This document shows, piece after piece, positions 52,595 through 64,000 of a stretch of DNA of 64,000 nt. This DNA is from Eledone cirrhosa (lineage: Eukaryota). The number at the start of each line of letters is the position of its first letter. Positions within the stretch are counted from its first letter, which is position 1. The translations under genes were made by a program, and so were the position numbers. The notes beneath the pieces were generated by a model. That model did no database searches. It had not been told where the DNA came from and saw only the letters and a program-made list of their open reading frames with translations. The DNA lies in contig OZ024741.1 in the NCBI GenBank assembly GCA_964016885.1, forward strand, positions 58,776,001 through 58,840,000. The letters run 5' to 3'.

Positions 52595-53105
52595 GGCAGT
52601 GGATTGGCAGAATCGGTAGAGCGTCAAACAACATTTAGCAACATAGGGATACGGCCCTTTATGTTCTGAGTTAGAATTGGTAGTATAGGTAGAGCATCAG
52701 ACGCCATGCTTTGTAGCATAGAGTTATGGCCCTTTATGTTCTGAGTTCAAATCCCGCCAAGGTTAGCTTTGCCTTTCATCCTTATGGGATTAATAAAATA
52801 ATGTACCAGTAATGCACTGGTGTCGATTTAATCAACTTTCCCCTCCCCCTTCACATTACTGGCCTTGTGCCTAAAGTAGAAACAATTATTATTATTGATA
52901 GATTGGTTGAATTATTATTAGAGCATAGGACATTTGTTCTGGCTCATTAGGTTCTGAGTTCAAATCCTGCTGAGGTTAGCTTTGACTTATATCCTTATGG
53001 GGTTGATAAAATAAAGTACCAGTAAATCACTGGGGTTGATTTAATCGACCTTCCTCTCCCCTTCAAATTACTGGCCTTGTGCCTAAAGTAGAAACAATTA
53101 TTATT
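52595..53105 (+). mobile_element. cluster of three tandem SINE family A copies (first one partial)
   Basis: Heads near 52595, 52677 and 52900; two GGCCTTGTGCCTAAAGTAGAAACAATTATT tails. Confidence 0.88.
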
Positions 53106-53424
53106 GTTTATTTATTTTTTGTACCAGCAAATATGAAGCCAGTATGATAAAAACTATTGTCCCTACTTAAGGTATTTGTACACTTGTCATGTTTTATGTT
53201 CAAATTAAAGAGATTACTGATATCACCTTCTCTGTTGTGTAGAAAGAAGCCAAACTGACTTGTATGTTTAACAGTATTAATAGCTAATTCTTCAAAATCC
53301 ACTGCATCTTTACCTCTTTCTCTCTCCCTTCTTCTCTCTCTCATTCTCTTTCTCTCTCCATTTATCTATCTATCTCCATATGTATTAACTGTTAACATCC
53401 TATATTGATTTGGTAGAAAACATT

Positions 53425-53740
53425 TTAAAATGGGTTTGTTAATTCAAATGTTTATAGTATATTTACTAGTGGACAGATCATTGCAAACCCTTGTAGTATT
53501 AAATACTTTAATTTTTAATGTGATGCAGTCATAGTGTTGTTTCATACTTTTCAAGAGTGACTTAATCATATGGTTTCATGTGGTTTGTTATTTTAAATGT
53601 TTGTAATATTTTTATTATTGGACAGATTGTTGTGAAAATTTGCAGTATTAGGGTAAAAACTTTAATTGTTAATGTGATACAGTCATAGTGCTGTTTTGTA
53701 TGGTGCAAGAATGTCTTGCTAATGTGGTCACATGCAGTCT
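53425..53740. repeat. diverged ~150-bp tandem duplication
   Basis: GGTTTGTTA.T..AAATGTTT..TGGACAGAT..TTAATGTGAT.CAGTCATAGTG occurs twice. Confidence 0.75.
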
Positions 53741-54560
53741 CATGTAGTACAGAATGTTAAATGTTAATCAATCTATATTTTCATTTCAAAGCCTGTAATT
53801 TTAGAATTGGACCTGTATCAAAACAAACTAGCCAAATTCTTCAAGCAAAAGAAAAATAGTGCTAGGGGTTTAGTTGAAATCAGGATGGAGCTTGATAGAT
53901 GAAAGGCAGAAATAAAAGACCACTTCAAGAAAGAAATCTTTTGTTACTAAGTTTGAATCCTAAACAGAATACTTCCTGTTGTTTTTAAAAGCAGTTTTGA
54001 ATAAAAGAAGATTCTGTGATATTTCTATAACAATAACTTTGGACTTTGGTCATTTCAACCAGTCAACAATCAAACAGTAGATACAGAATGTATTGATCCT
54101 AAATTTCCTGTTTAGTTGTATATATTTACGAACAGGAGAGAAAAAAGGGAAGAAGAAAGAAACATTTAAAAAGAAAGGGGCAATGAAGAGGGGACAAATT
54201 TTACACCCTTGGCCTGGTGGTAGATCTCAGCTATACCCCATGGTGAACAAAATTGTAAAAGCATTGACATGGAGAACAGTCAGCGATACCTGCAGCATCA
54301 GCCATTCCACATCATAGTGCTCCTTCCTCAGGTAAGATGCGCACCTGCCAATTTAGCAGAGAAAAAAATTAGGATACACTTATTAATGTAGTTTTAAACA
54401 CCTTGGAAAAGATGGAATGAGTATGGCTGGATTTTTGAATCCAAGAACAAAAATTAACAGGAATAAAGTCACAATGCACACACGCTACACAGACACAGAA
54501 TACACACACATGTGTGTATATATATATATCATTTCATCATCATCATCATATATATATATG

Positions 54561-54792
54561 AGCGCGCTCTCTGGAGTATTTTCCTTTTGAGTGTGAAGGG
54601 GTGGAGTTCCTCTTGAGGTCCCAGATGTAGGCAGCTAGTGTCGTTTGGTTGGATTTGTATGGGCATACCACTGAGTCTTAAAATTGTTAGATGTCATTCC
54701 AATATGTTTTTTTGTTGTCATTGCCTGAGATAACATCGCATTTATATACGATGTCATTCATCAGGCATTTGTTTTCGAGTGGACATGTTTCC

Positions 54793-54794
<2 letters not shown>
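54561..54794 (-). pseudogene. Penelope-like element GIY-YIG endonuclease fragment
   Basis: Manual minus-strand translation with frameshifts: KETCPLENKCLMNDIVYKCDVISGNDN / KHIGMTSNNFKTQWYAH / KSNQTTLAAYIWDLKRNSTP / FTLKRKILQRAR; TA repeats on both sides. Confidence 0.75.
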
Positions 54795-54835
<41 letters not shown>

Positions 54836-55954
54836 CATTTATTGATCTGATAATACAGAATGTAGTTGTTGCACTGAGAAACTTCTTTAATTTGGTATCA
54901 TTCCAATATTTTTCTTTTTTCTTTCTTAAACCTTTCTTCTTTTACTTTACTTTGAAATATCAGATCCTTTTCTTTGTCACCTCTTGTTTACCTTGGTTTA
55001 ACCTCTCACACTGTTCAACTGTCTTCCATCTTTTTTCTTGTGGAAGCCAAATAAAATGTGACTTTTTTTTCTCTAACTTTTTTTTGTCCATTCACTGGAT
55101 TATTCCCTTCAATTAGAATTGACCTGGGGCTAAACAGGCACCACAACAACAACAACACTGCTACCATAACACCTCCAGTTTAACAAAACTCTCACCATCA
55201 CCATAACATCTTTGCTGCAATGCCACCTCTACTACTACTACCATCACCACTACTGCCACCACTATCACTACCACCACACCATCACCACCAGCACCACTAC
55301 CACCACCACCACTACTACTACTACTGTTACCATGACCACCACCATTACCACTCCTCTCCATCATATTAGCAACAAAATTGAAAACAAACATGTCCGAGGT
55401 TGTCACTATATACTGCTATAAAGATCAAAGTTACTACCCCACACCACAACATTCCATATTTAATTAATTTTAATTAAGATTTCTTGGCTTACTACAACCA
55501 TCCATCAAATATGCTATCGCCCACACAGGGCAATAGATTAGTGGAGTGTCACATAAAATACTTTGCTCCATTTACTCCAGCTCTTTACTTTCTGAGTTTG
55601 AATCCTTCTGAGGTCAGCTTTGCCTTTTCTCCTCCTGGGGTTGCTAAAATAAATTATCAGTAAAGTACTGATATAATCAACTTTCCCCTTCCCACAAATT
55701 GCTGGCCTAGAACAAAAATAAGTGGACAGACGTGCCTTTGAGAAATCAAACCCCACATCTCTTGGATGCTGGACAAGTGTATCCTTACTACAAATTGCTG
55801 ACCTGGTACAAAAATAAGTTGACAGAGGTGCCTTTGAGAAATCAAACCCACATCTCTTGGATGCTGGGCAAGTATGTTAACCACTACACTAAGAAGCTGC
55901 TGATCACTATTTCTCTCTCTTTAGAAAGATCAACTATTATTATTAGGGTCCTTT

Positions 55955-56135
55955 GGCAGTATTGGTAGCAGGTCGGATGCCAAGCTTTCCAGCATAGTTA
56001 CGTCCCTTTACAGTCTGAGTTCAAATCCCGCCGAGGTTATCTTTGCCTTGCATCCTGACGGGTTTGATAAAATAAAGTACCAGTAATGCACTGATAATAA
56101 TTACTGGCCTTGTGCCAAAAGTACAAACAATTATT
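55955..56135 (+). mobile_element. SINE family A with TSD ATTATTAGGGTCCTTTG
   Basis: A/B boxes and duplicated flank. Confidence 0.88.
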
Positions 56136-56306
56136 AGGGTCCTTTGCATTGAAATGATTATATTTTAAATGTAATAATTGTAAAATAAGGTTATAAATTG
56201 CAAGAATAAATAGAAAGAAAACATTTACTTTCAATTTATCATGTAAATGACCCTGAGTGACTTTTCATAACCTTTGCATTTATTTCATTATTTTTGTATA
56301 GAAATT

Positions 56307-56495
56307 GGCGGTGAAGTGGCAGTATCGGTAGAGGGTTGGACGCCATGCTTTCTAGCATAGTTACGTCCCTTTACAGTCTGAGTTCAAATCCCGCCGAGGT
56401 TAACTTTGCTTTTCATCCTTACGGGGTCAATAAAATAAAGTACCAGTAATGTACTGGGTAATTGCTGGCCTTGTGCCTAAAGTAGAAATAATTAT
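56307..56495 (+). mobile_element. full-length SINE family A with TSD ATTATTTTTGTATAGAAATT
   Basis: GGCGGTGAAGTGGCAGTATCGG..GAGTTCAAATCC; flank duplicated at 56288-56306 and 56491-56510. Confidence 0.92.
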
Positions 56496-57144
56496 TTTTG
56501 TATAGAAATTATTCATTAACATGATTTTATTTGTTACAAATTAATCGAAAACTATTCATTACCAAAGGGCTCACTGCATCTGGAAAAAAACTCCCATGGG
56601 AAACATTCTTGAAGCTCTAAGCACGCTGTGTTTCATCATTGTTTTTTCTTCCACTTTTCCATGCAGGCATGGATTAGATGGGATGTTTTCAGACAATGAT
56701 TTACAATCAGGTATCGTTCCTGACTCCAGCACTTTTAGTTGCTTCTTATGTACTTATTTGAAAAACTGAGAAACACATGGAAAGTATACACACAGCCAGG
56801 ATACACACAACAAACAATACACATGGTAATGTATTTATTTTTTTTAATGGTTAACCAAGGACTGAACATCCATCAAATATGCTGCTATCACCCACATTAA
56901 TTACTAAATAAGAATAAAATCTGTGTTTTTGTCATCTGCAATAATGTTTTTTTTAAAGTTTGGCACAAAGCCAGCAGTTTTAGGGAAGAGGAAAGTCAAT
57001 TACATCAACCCAGTACTTGGTTGGGGTTTTATTTTATTTTAGTGTTTTATTTAGGATGAAAGGTAAAGTTGGTTTTAGTGGGATTTGAACTCAGAACATA
57101 AATAGCCATAACTAAGTACTATGAAGCATTGTCCAACACTAACA

Positions 57145-57740
57145 ATTCTGCAGGAGTATGGAATCAATGGACAGCTTTTTGTTGCCTTGAAGTCCCTATA
57201 TGAACCATTGGTACCAAGTTGAAACCATTCCATATGGGTGTCAGACTCTGATAAAGGTGTATACAGTTATCTCTCCTGTTCTTAATCTTCATGAACAAGA
57301 TTGACATGCACAGCCAGGTTTGAAGTGGTATTAGAACTGGTTGTTGTAGGATCAGTCAGCTGGAATTTGCAGATAGCATGGTATTACTTAATTCGTTAGA
57401 AGGTTTATTGACATGCACTTGATAGGTTTGATGCTGAGTACTGTATGGCTGGAATGAAAATCAGTGCTACAAAGACTGAGACCCTTGTCATCTCAAGAAT
57501 GCCTACACAGTGCACTCTACATGTGGAGTTCCACTGAATTAGGTGGAGAAGTTCAAGTATCTCAGGGCAGTTTTCATGAGTTATGGATGGTAGGAGGCTG
57601 AAATAGATGCAAGAATTGCTGGAGTTGGTGCAGTAATGCACCAACTGCAGCACTCAGTCGTCAGAAGAAGGGAAGTAGGTGTAAAAGCCAAATTCACTAT
57701 CTTCAATTTGGTGTTCATCTCGCCATTGACCTATGATTAA
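57145..57740 (+). mobile_element. degenerate RTE RT fragment, same family as 33780-34420
   Basis: Reverse-complement similarity, e.g. CACAGTGCACTCTACATGTG and GAGAAGTTCAAGTATCT. Confidence 0.75.
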
Positions 57741-58185
57741 TCCACCACCTTAATAATAATAATTATAATAGTTTTGAATCTAAGCACAAGGCCAACAATT
57801 TGCTGAAGAGGAGAATGTTGATGACATCAAGCCTAGTACATAACTGGTACTTTATTTTATCAACTTTGGAAGATTAGAAAGCAATGTTAACTTCAGCGAG
57901 ATTTGAACTCAGAACAAATGCTTCAAGGAATTATGTCCAAAGTCTGCCAAACACCAATTCTCTATTATTCACATTTCTAGTGGTGACGGGTGTTCCAGTT
58001 GATTCACTAAACCTGCTCATGAAATTAACGTGTAAGTGACTGAGCATTCTTCAGGCACATGTGACATGTGGGTCCCTAGTTGTTTCTGATAAGTGTACCA
58101 GTTGATCGAACAAAACAGCCTGCTCATGAGATCAATATGTTAGTAGCTGAGCATTCCACCTGCACATGTACCCTTTAGAATTTAA

Positions 58186-58396
58186 CCCTTTAATGTTCAA
58201 AACCGGCCAGAATTCTCTACTTTTTTCTTTTGAAACTGGCTGTAACCAGCCACTCATACAGATGTTAAGGTATTGTTCCCAAAATAAATACTTTCAAAAT
58301 CTCATAGATTCGATATTATGTGAGATAATTATGCAAGGTAAAGCCTTTACCATGAAAATATAATAGTATATATAGAGTAATGTGAATGCTAAAGGG
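58186..58396. mobile_element. piggyBac-type MITE
   Basis: TTAA-CCCTTTAATGTTCA ... TGAATGCTAAAGGG-TTAA; second copy starts near 63820. Confidence 0.8.
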
Positions 58397-59049
58397 TTAA
58401 AGTAGTTCTTATGGGTGTGGTGTGCGGTGGCCGGAGGCTGGGGAGTGCTCGACTGGAAGAGTGCTTGTCCGGAAGGGTGCTTGACCGGAAGGGTGCTCGA
58501 CCGGAAGGGCCAGCAGGTCTGCCTCTCTAGGGTGGTCAGCGAACGTGGTGGACGTCAGTTTTGGAGCCCCAGGTTAACGAGTTGGATTGTACGCACGTGG
58601 GAGAGGAGAAACCAGCCATTAGATTAGCGGTGCCAGCGATAAGCGGTAAGTGAAGTAGCTTTTTCTAACCACAGTTCTCAGCAAGATTCAGCTTGATGCA
58701 AGTGTAACAAGGCTGGCCCTTTAAATTACAGGTACAACTCAATTTTGTCAGCTGTATAGACCAGAACAAGATGAAATAAGTATTTTACTGAAGGAATCAA
58801 ATTTACGATTTTGTGATCATGAGTGGAACAACCTAATCACTAAGCCATTCATCTTCACACATTCCTGGAATTACATGAGACTTACTCCCACACAATTCTA
58901 TATAGCCAGCCATCCATATAAAATATTCATTTGACCTCTGTCTGACCTCACAACTGTCATCAAGTACTTTGACACTTTTTATCATATTCTTCATCACTAT
59001 ACATTTGTCAGCTCTCTCTTCTTTCTCTCTTCCCTGCTCTCTCTCTCTT

Positions 59050-59580
59050 TCTCTCTCTTCCTCTCCTCCACACTCTACTTATCTCTCTCTCTCCTCCACA
59101 CTCTACTTATATCTTTCTCTCCTCCACACTCTACATATATCTTTCTCTCCTCCACACTCTATCTCTCTCTCCTCCACACTCTACTTATATCTTTCTCTCT
59201 TTCCCTCTTCCACACTCTATCTCTCTCTCTTTCTCTCCTCCACACTCTACTTATCTTTTTCTCTTTCTCTCCTCCACACACTCTCTCTCTCCTCTACACT
59301 ACTTATCTCTCTCTCTCTCCTCCACACTACTTATCTCTCTCTCTCCTCCACACTCTACTTATCTCTCTCTCTCCTCCACACTCTACTTATCTCTCCCTCT
59401 CTCCACACTCTATCTTTCTCTTTCTCTCCTACACACTCTACTTATCTCTCCCTCTCTCCTCCCCTCCACACTATCTCTCTCTTTCTTTCCTTCACACTCT
59501 CTCTCTCTCTCTTTCTCTCCTTCACACTCTATCTTTCTCTCCTCTACACTACCCATCTCTCTCCCTTACTACTCCACCTG
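59050..59580. repeat. CT-rich minisatellite CTCTCCTCCACACTCTACTTAT
   Basis: Direct inspection. Confidence 0.9.
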
Positions 59581-59614
59581 TTGTTCTCTCTTTCTCCAAC
59601 ACATTCTTTGATTT

Positions 59615-61289
59615 CACATATTTTTTGTTCCCCAGTTCTAAGTGTCATTTCATGGTTTGTTATATCCTATTATTTAATCAGAAGTTTGGGTTTGTGGTCA
59701 GGAGTTTGATATTTCGAAATTTTCATATTTTTCAAGAAAAAACACATTTAAAAAAAATTTAATCAACAGAGTATATATCTATTTTATTACACAAGCTTAT
59801 CAAAAGCAAACAAGTAAAAACAAATAACACTTATAAAGCAACTTATACACGTCAGAAATGACTGGATTTCCTGGATTTGCGGTTGTAGTCCAGGTCGCAT
59901 TCCCGCACTAGCCCCCAGATATAGTCCCCCATCATTTTTGCATTGTAGTGGCTCTGGTACCTCCGCTCTATCTCTTTCACATCTTGGTGGAATCGTTCGC
60001 CTTGTTCTTCTGAGTAGGCGCCCATATTGTCCTTGAATTTTTCCAGGTGAGCATCCAGCATATGGAGTTTAAGCGACATCCTGCATCCCATGGCGCCAAC
60101 AGCCTTTATCAGATCCTGCACCAGTTGCTGGTAGTTTTCAGCTCTGTAGTTGCCCAGGAAGCCTTTAACAATTCCATGCTGTTCTCTCAATCCTATTGAG
60201 CTTATTGGAGAACTCGGTAGACTCAAACATCTTCTTTATCTGAGGTCCAACAAAAATTCCACCTTTGATTTTGGCCTCAGATATAACTTGGGGAAGAACT
60301 CAAGAAGGTACTTAAAAGCGGCTGATTCTTGGTTGAGAGCCTTCACAAACTGCTTCATCAACCCCTCCTTAATGTGCAGTGGCGGCATGAGCACAATCCT
60401 GGGATCAACCAGTGGCTCCCACATGACGTTCCGGGTCCCAACGACAAATTCTGTTCACTGCTCCCAGTTCTTTCTTTTGTAATGGTCAGAGGTGGCTCTG
60501 CTGTCCCAAAGGCAGAGGAAGCATTGGAATTTGATAAAGCCTCCTTGGAGTCCAAGCAGGAAAGCCACCATCTTGAAGTCTCCAATGATTTCCCAATTGT
60601 ACTGGTTGTATTGCAGAGCTTCCAAGACGACTTTCACACTAGTAATCTTCCTTCACGCAGACTGAATGAGCTAGGGGCAGTGTCGGGAACTTGTTTCCAT
60701 TGTGGAGGAGGACAGCCTTCAAACTTGTGGTGGAGCTGTCTATAAATAGCTGCCACTCCTTGGGCACAAATGGCACCCAATAATGTCAAACAGTCCAGGC
60801 ACGTCATGGCAGAAGCAGAGGCCATCCCTAAGAGTGTAAAAGCCTGAGAAAGGTTTGTGTCGACTTCTCTGACTTGTCACCTGTACTTCCTCCTTGACCA
60901 AGTTCCACTGCTTCATCCTGGAGACAAATGCTTAAAACACAACTTACCCTTTATTCAGGGTGCGAAAATCCAGTATCAATAAATCTCTTTAATCCACAAT
61001 TTTATACTTTATTGCACTTTTATAATTTTCTTCAGGTATTACTCTTTATTTTATAATTTTAATTTAACCTGAAACATATATAAAAAAAATCATTTAGCAT
61101 AAGCAAATTAAACTTACATACAACGTAAAATCCAGCATACAAATAATTCTAGTGAATAGCTTAGAATTTTTACAAACCCAAACTTTTAACTGTTTAATAG
61201 CACTTTTTTTAATTTATTTGGGACCTAAGCAACACAAAAAAAGTGATTACAAGCCAGGAACAGAGAAAACATTTTTTTTTTACACAGTG
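59615..61289 (-). mobile_element. DNA transposon relic, Chapaev3-like transposase, frameshifted and internally deleted
   Basis: WEIIGDFKMVAFLLGLQGGFIKFQCFLCLWDSRA, MPPLHIKEGLMKQFVKAL, MSLKLHMLDAHL..SEEQGERFHQD..MMGDYIW; terminus CACTGTGTAA on minus strand at 61289; superfamily assigned from memory. Confidence 0.7.
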
Positions 61290-61769
61290 ATATTAATTGA
61301 AACATTAACCCACTACAAACAATAGAGTATATTATGTTTTAACACATTCTCCTCTTTCTCTCTCCCTGCTCTGCTTCTTTCTCTTTGTCTCTTTCTCTGT
61401 CTTACCCACACTACCAATCTCTCTTTCTCTCCTTCACACTCTAAAGCATTGTCCTCTTTCTCTCATCCCTGGTCTGTTTCTCTTTCTCACTCTCTCTCTC
61501 TGTCTCTTTCTCTCTTCCTCTTATCAACACTACATATCTCTTTCTCTCCCTCACACTCTAAAGCTCTAAACCTCTCTCTCCAAAGTCTCTCTCTCTCTCT
61601 CTCATGTAAGCCTCAGTAACCCACCACTCTATTGTTGTACACAGTAACCCATCTCTTGTTCTTGTACTCAGTAACCCATCTTGTTGTACCTAGCTTTAAC
61701 CTGAAGCTAGAAAATCAGATAAGAGATCTTTTGAGTTGACAATTATTTCAAACATAAAATTCAAATAAT

Positions 61770-62375
61770 AATAATTGTTTCTACTTTTGGCACAAGGCCA
61801 GCAATTACCCAGTGTATTACTGGTACTTTATTTCATCGACCCCGTAAGGATAAAAGGCAAAGTTAACTTCGGCAGGATTTGAACTCAGAATGGCAAGGGC
61901 CGTAACTCTGCGTCAAAGCATGTCCGACCCTCTACCGATACTGCCAATTCACCGCCCTAATTCAAATAATAATAATAATAACTGCTTCTACTTTAGGGGA
62001 GTAGAAAGTCGTTTAAATTGACCCCAGTCCATTATTGGTGCTTTATTTTAACCTTGTAAGGCTGAAAGGAAAAGCTAATCTCAGCAGGATTTGAACTTAG
62101 AACGTAAATGACTGTAACTCTATGCCACAAAGCATGGTGTCTGACACTCTAATGATACTGCCAATCCACTGCCCTATAATAATAATAATAATAATAATTG
62201 TTTCTACTTTTTGGCACAAGGCCAGCAATTATCCCAGTGTATTACTGGTACTTTATTTTATCGACCCCGTTAGGATGAAAGGCAAAGTTAACCTTGGCGG
62301 GATTTGAACTCAGACCGTAAAGGGACGTAACTGTGCTGCAAAGCATGGCGTCCGACCCTCTACCAATATTGCCAA
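61770..62375 (-). mobile_element. cluster of three SINE family A copies separated by (AAT)n
   Basis: Copies at ~61770-61956, 61980-62174 and 62195-62375; first has TSD AATTCAAATAATAAT. Confidence 0.88.
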
Positions 62376-63107
62376 TAATAATAATAATATGGATTTCTAC
62401 TTTAGGCACAATTTGGGGAGGGGAAGTTGATTAAGATGCTCTACCGATACTGCCAATCCACCTCCCATAATGATAATAATAACTTCTTTATTGACCACAA
62501 AGGGTTTACAAAAAAATACATTAAGGACAGCACAGAACGGTACAATGTGGGTTTCTGATGTAAAATAACCTTCTTAGAAATTATTACTATTGTTGTGTTG
62601 GAGATGAACAAAACAAAATTATACAAAAATGAGGAGTGAGAAGACATTGAAAACAATTTGGCAATGCTGTCAGTAGAATTTCCATGTTAGCATTCTAATA
62701 AAGGAGTAGTTATAGGTAGTAGTGAGGATGTTCTCGGGGAAGTTCTAAGGTTTGTGCAGAATTAACTGACTAGTTTGTTGTGGAGGACTTTTGGCCTGTG
62801 GACTATGAACCCTGTTTTGGCAGTCCTACCAAAGAGCACTTTTGGTTCAAGACAAATCCTACAGGCATTTCTGTCAGACGGGTCTGTCTGAGATGCAGCC
62901 CAAGAGATGAAACCATTCTGCATGCACACATCCAGTGTCTGTGCATTGCTGACTTGTAGAATTTTGTTGAACAGCTGTTATAATGGAAAGGGCAGGCAGT
63001 TTTCTTGTCTGTTGGCTATGACTAAGGAGGTGCATACTAAGAGTGGTCAGTGGCAGATATATACCGTACTGTGATTGCTGACTGCTATATGTAAGCCTAT
63101 ACTAAAT

Positions 63108-63297
63108 AATTGTTTCTACTTTTGGCACAAGGCCAGCAATTATCCCAGCGCATTACTGGTACTTTATTTTATCGACCCCGTAAGGATGAAAGGCAAAGTT
63201 AACCTCGGCGAGATTTGAACTCAGAATGGCAAGGGGCGTAACTCCATGCATCAAAGCATGGTGTCCAACCCTCTACTGATACTGCCAATCCACCGCC
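63108..63297 (-). mobile_element. full-length SINE family A with TSD TATACTAAATAAT
   Basis: A/B boxes and duplicated flank. Confidence 0.92.
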
Positions 63298-63409
63298 TAT
63301 ACTAAATAATATTTTATAATACATACAGGAATTGCAAACACAAGGTTCTAAAAACTTTCGCTAAGTAGAAACCACTACCTTCCTACGGACAACTGACTCT
63401 GCACACCAG

Positions 63410-63560
63410 GTTCGAACATGGAAGAGCCGAACGCCCACCGTCACCACCTCCATCTCTCTCGCCCTCCCCATCTCTGTATTATGAGCAAATGGGGTCCCAC
63501 ATGCTGGCTGCCCCATGGTCCTGGTGGACAGAATGGAGAAGGCATTTCTCTGGAGGATGG
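63410..63560 (-). mobile_element. 3'-end fragment of the CRE-like family
   Basis: High similarity to 26468-26610 (CAAATGGGGTCCCAC.TGCTGGC..GACAGAATGGAGAAGG). Confidence 0.75.
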
Positions 63561-63819
63561 TAATGAGACTGAAATGACTGAAACAGATACATTCCTCTTT
63601 GGCTAAACTGTAATTGACTTTTTCAAATTACTCTTGGAAAGGAAGGTGAGAGTAGAAAATGAAAAGCTGCCTTCCTGTATATTTGTTAAAAGTGGAAGAG
63701 GGGATGTCGTGAGAGTGATCCAAACAAGTGGTCTACTCTAGGCTGGGGAGAATAGAGGAGAGAGTGGCACTTGCTTATCAAGGTGATCAAGGTGATCTTG
63801 GAACTGTGGGGTTCCTTAA

Positions 63820-64000
63820 CCTTATAGCATTTAAATCGGCCTATATGTGGCCAGAATTCTCTCACCTCTTCCTGTTCAAACTGGCTGTAACTGGTAGCTC
63901 ATACTGATGTTAAGGTATTGTTCTCAAAATAAATATCAAAATCTCATAGACTTGATATTATGTGAGATAATTATGTGAAGTAAAGCCGTTACCATGAAAA
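63820..64000. mobile_element. piggyBac-type MITE, second copy, runs off window end
   Basis: TTAA-CCTTATAGCATT start; body matches 58205-58360. Confidence 0.75.

Noticed and set aside
54135-54330. Possible exon bounded by AG and CAG|GTAAGA
   Set aside because: All three frames contain stops; weak polypyrimidine tract
62700-63060. Very old LINE C-terminal fragment on minus strand (QLFNKIL-like)
   Set aside because: Too degenerate to assign without alignment

Overview
AT-rich, microsatellite-dense eukaryotic DNA, almost all repeats; the SINE and RTE repertoire suggests a cephalopod such as Octopus (inference). No complete host gene is visible, only two candidate phase-compatible exons. Non-LTR retrotransposons dominate: an L1/Tx1-type fragment, a near full-length intact RTE (APE-RT with a PHD-like C4HC3 insert) plus a near-identical truncated copy, a BovB-like RTE with three C-terminal zinc fingers, three R4/Dong-type elements stacked in a (TAA)n tract, and CRE-type fragments. 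Also present: about 20 tRNA-derived SINEs, mariner- and piggyBac-type MITEs, a Chapaev3-like transposase relic and an 8-kb CA-based satellite with kb-scale higher-order repeats. The most unusual locus is 21761-23400, a non-coding Penelope/retrozyme-like unit with an intact type I hammerhead ribozyme (23165-23239). Its inverted partner copy has the 30-nt stem-loop II insert of that ribozyme amplified about 29 times. A second, different hammerhead 3' half is folded back on itself at stem II (2420-2535), and a Penelope-type GIY-YIG fragment lies at 54561-54794. All calls are by eye; boundaries of degenerate elements are approximate.
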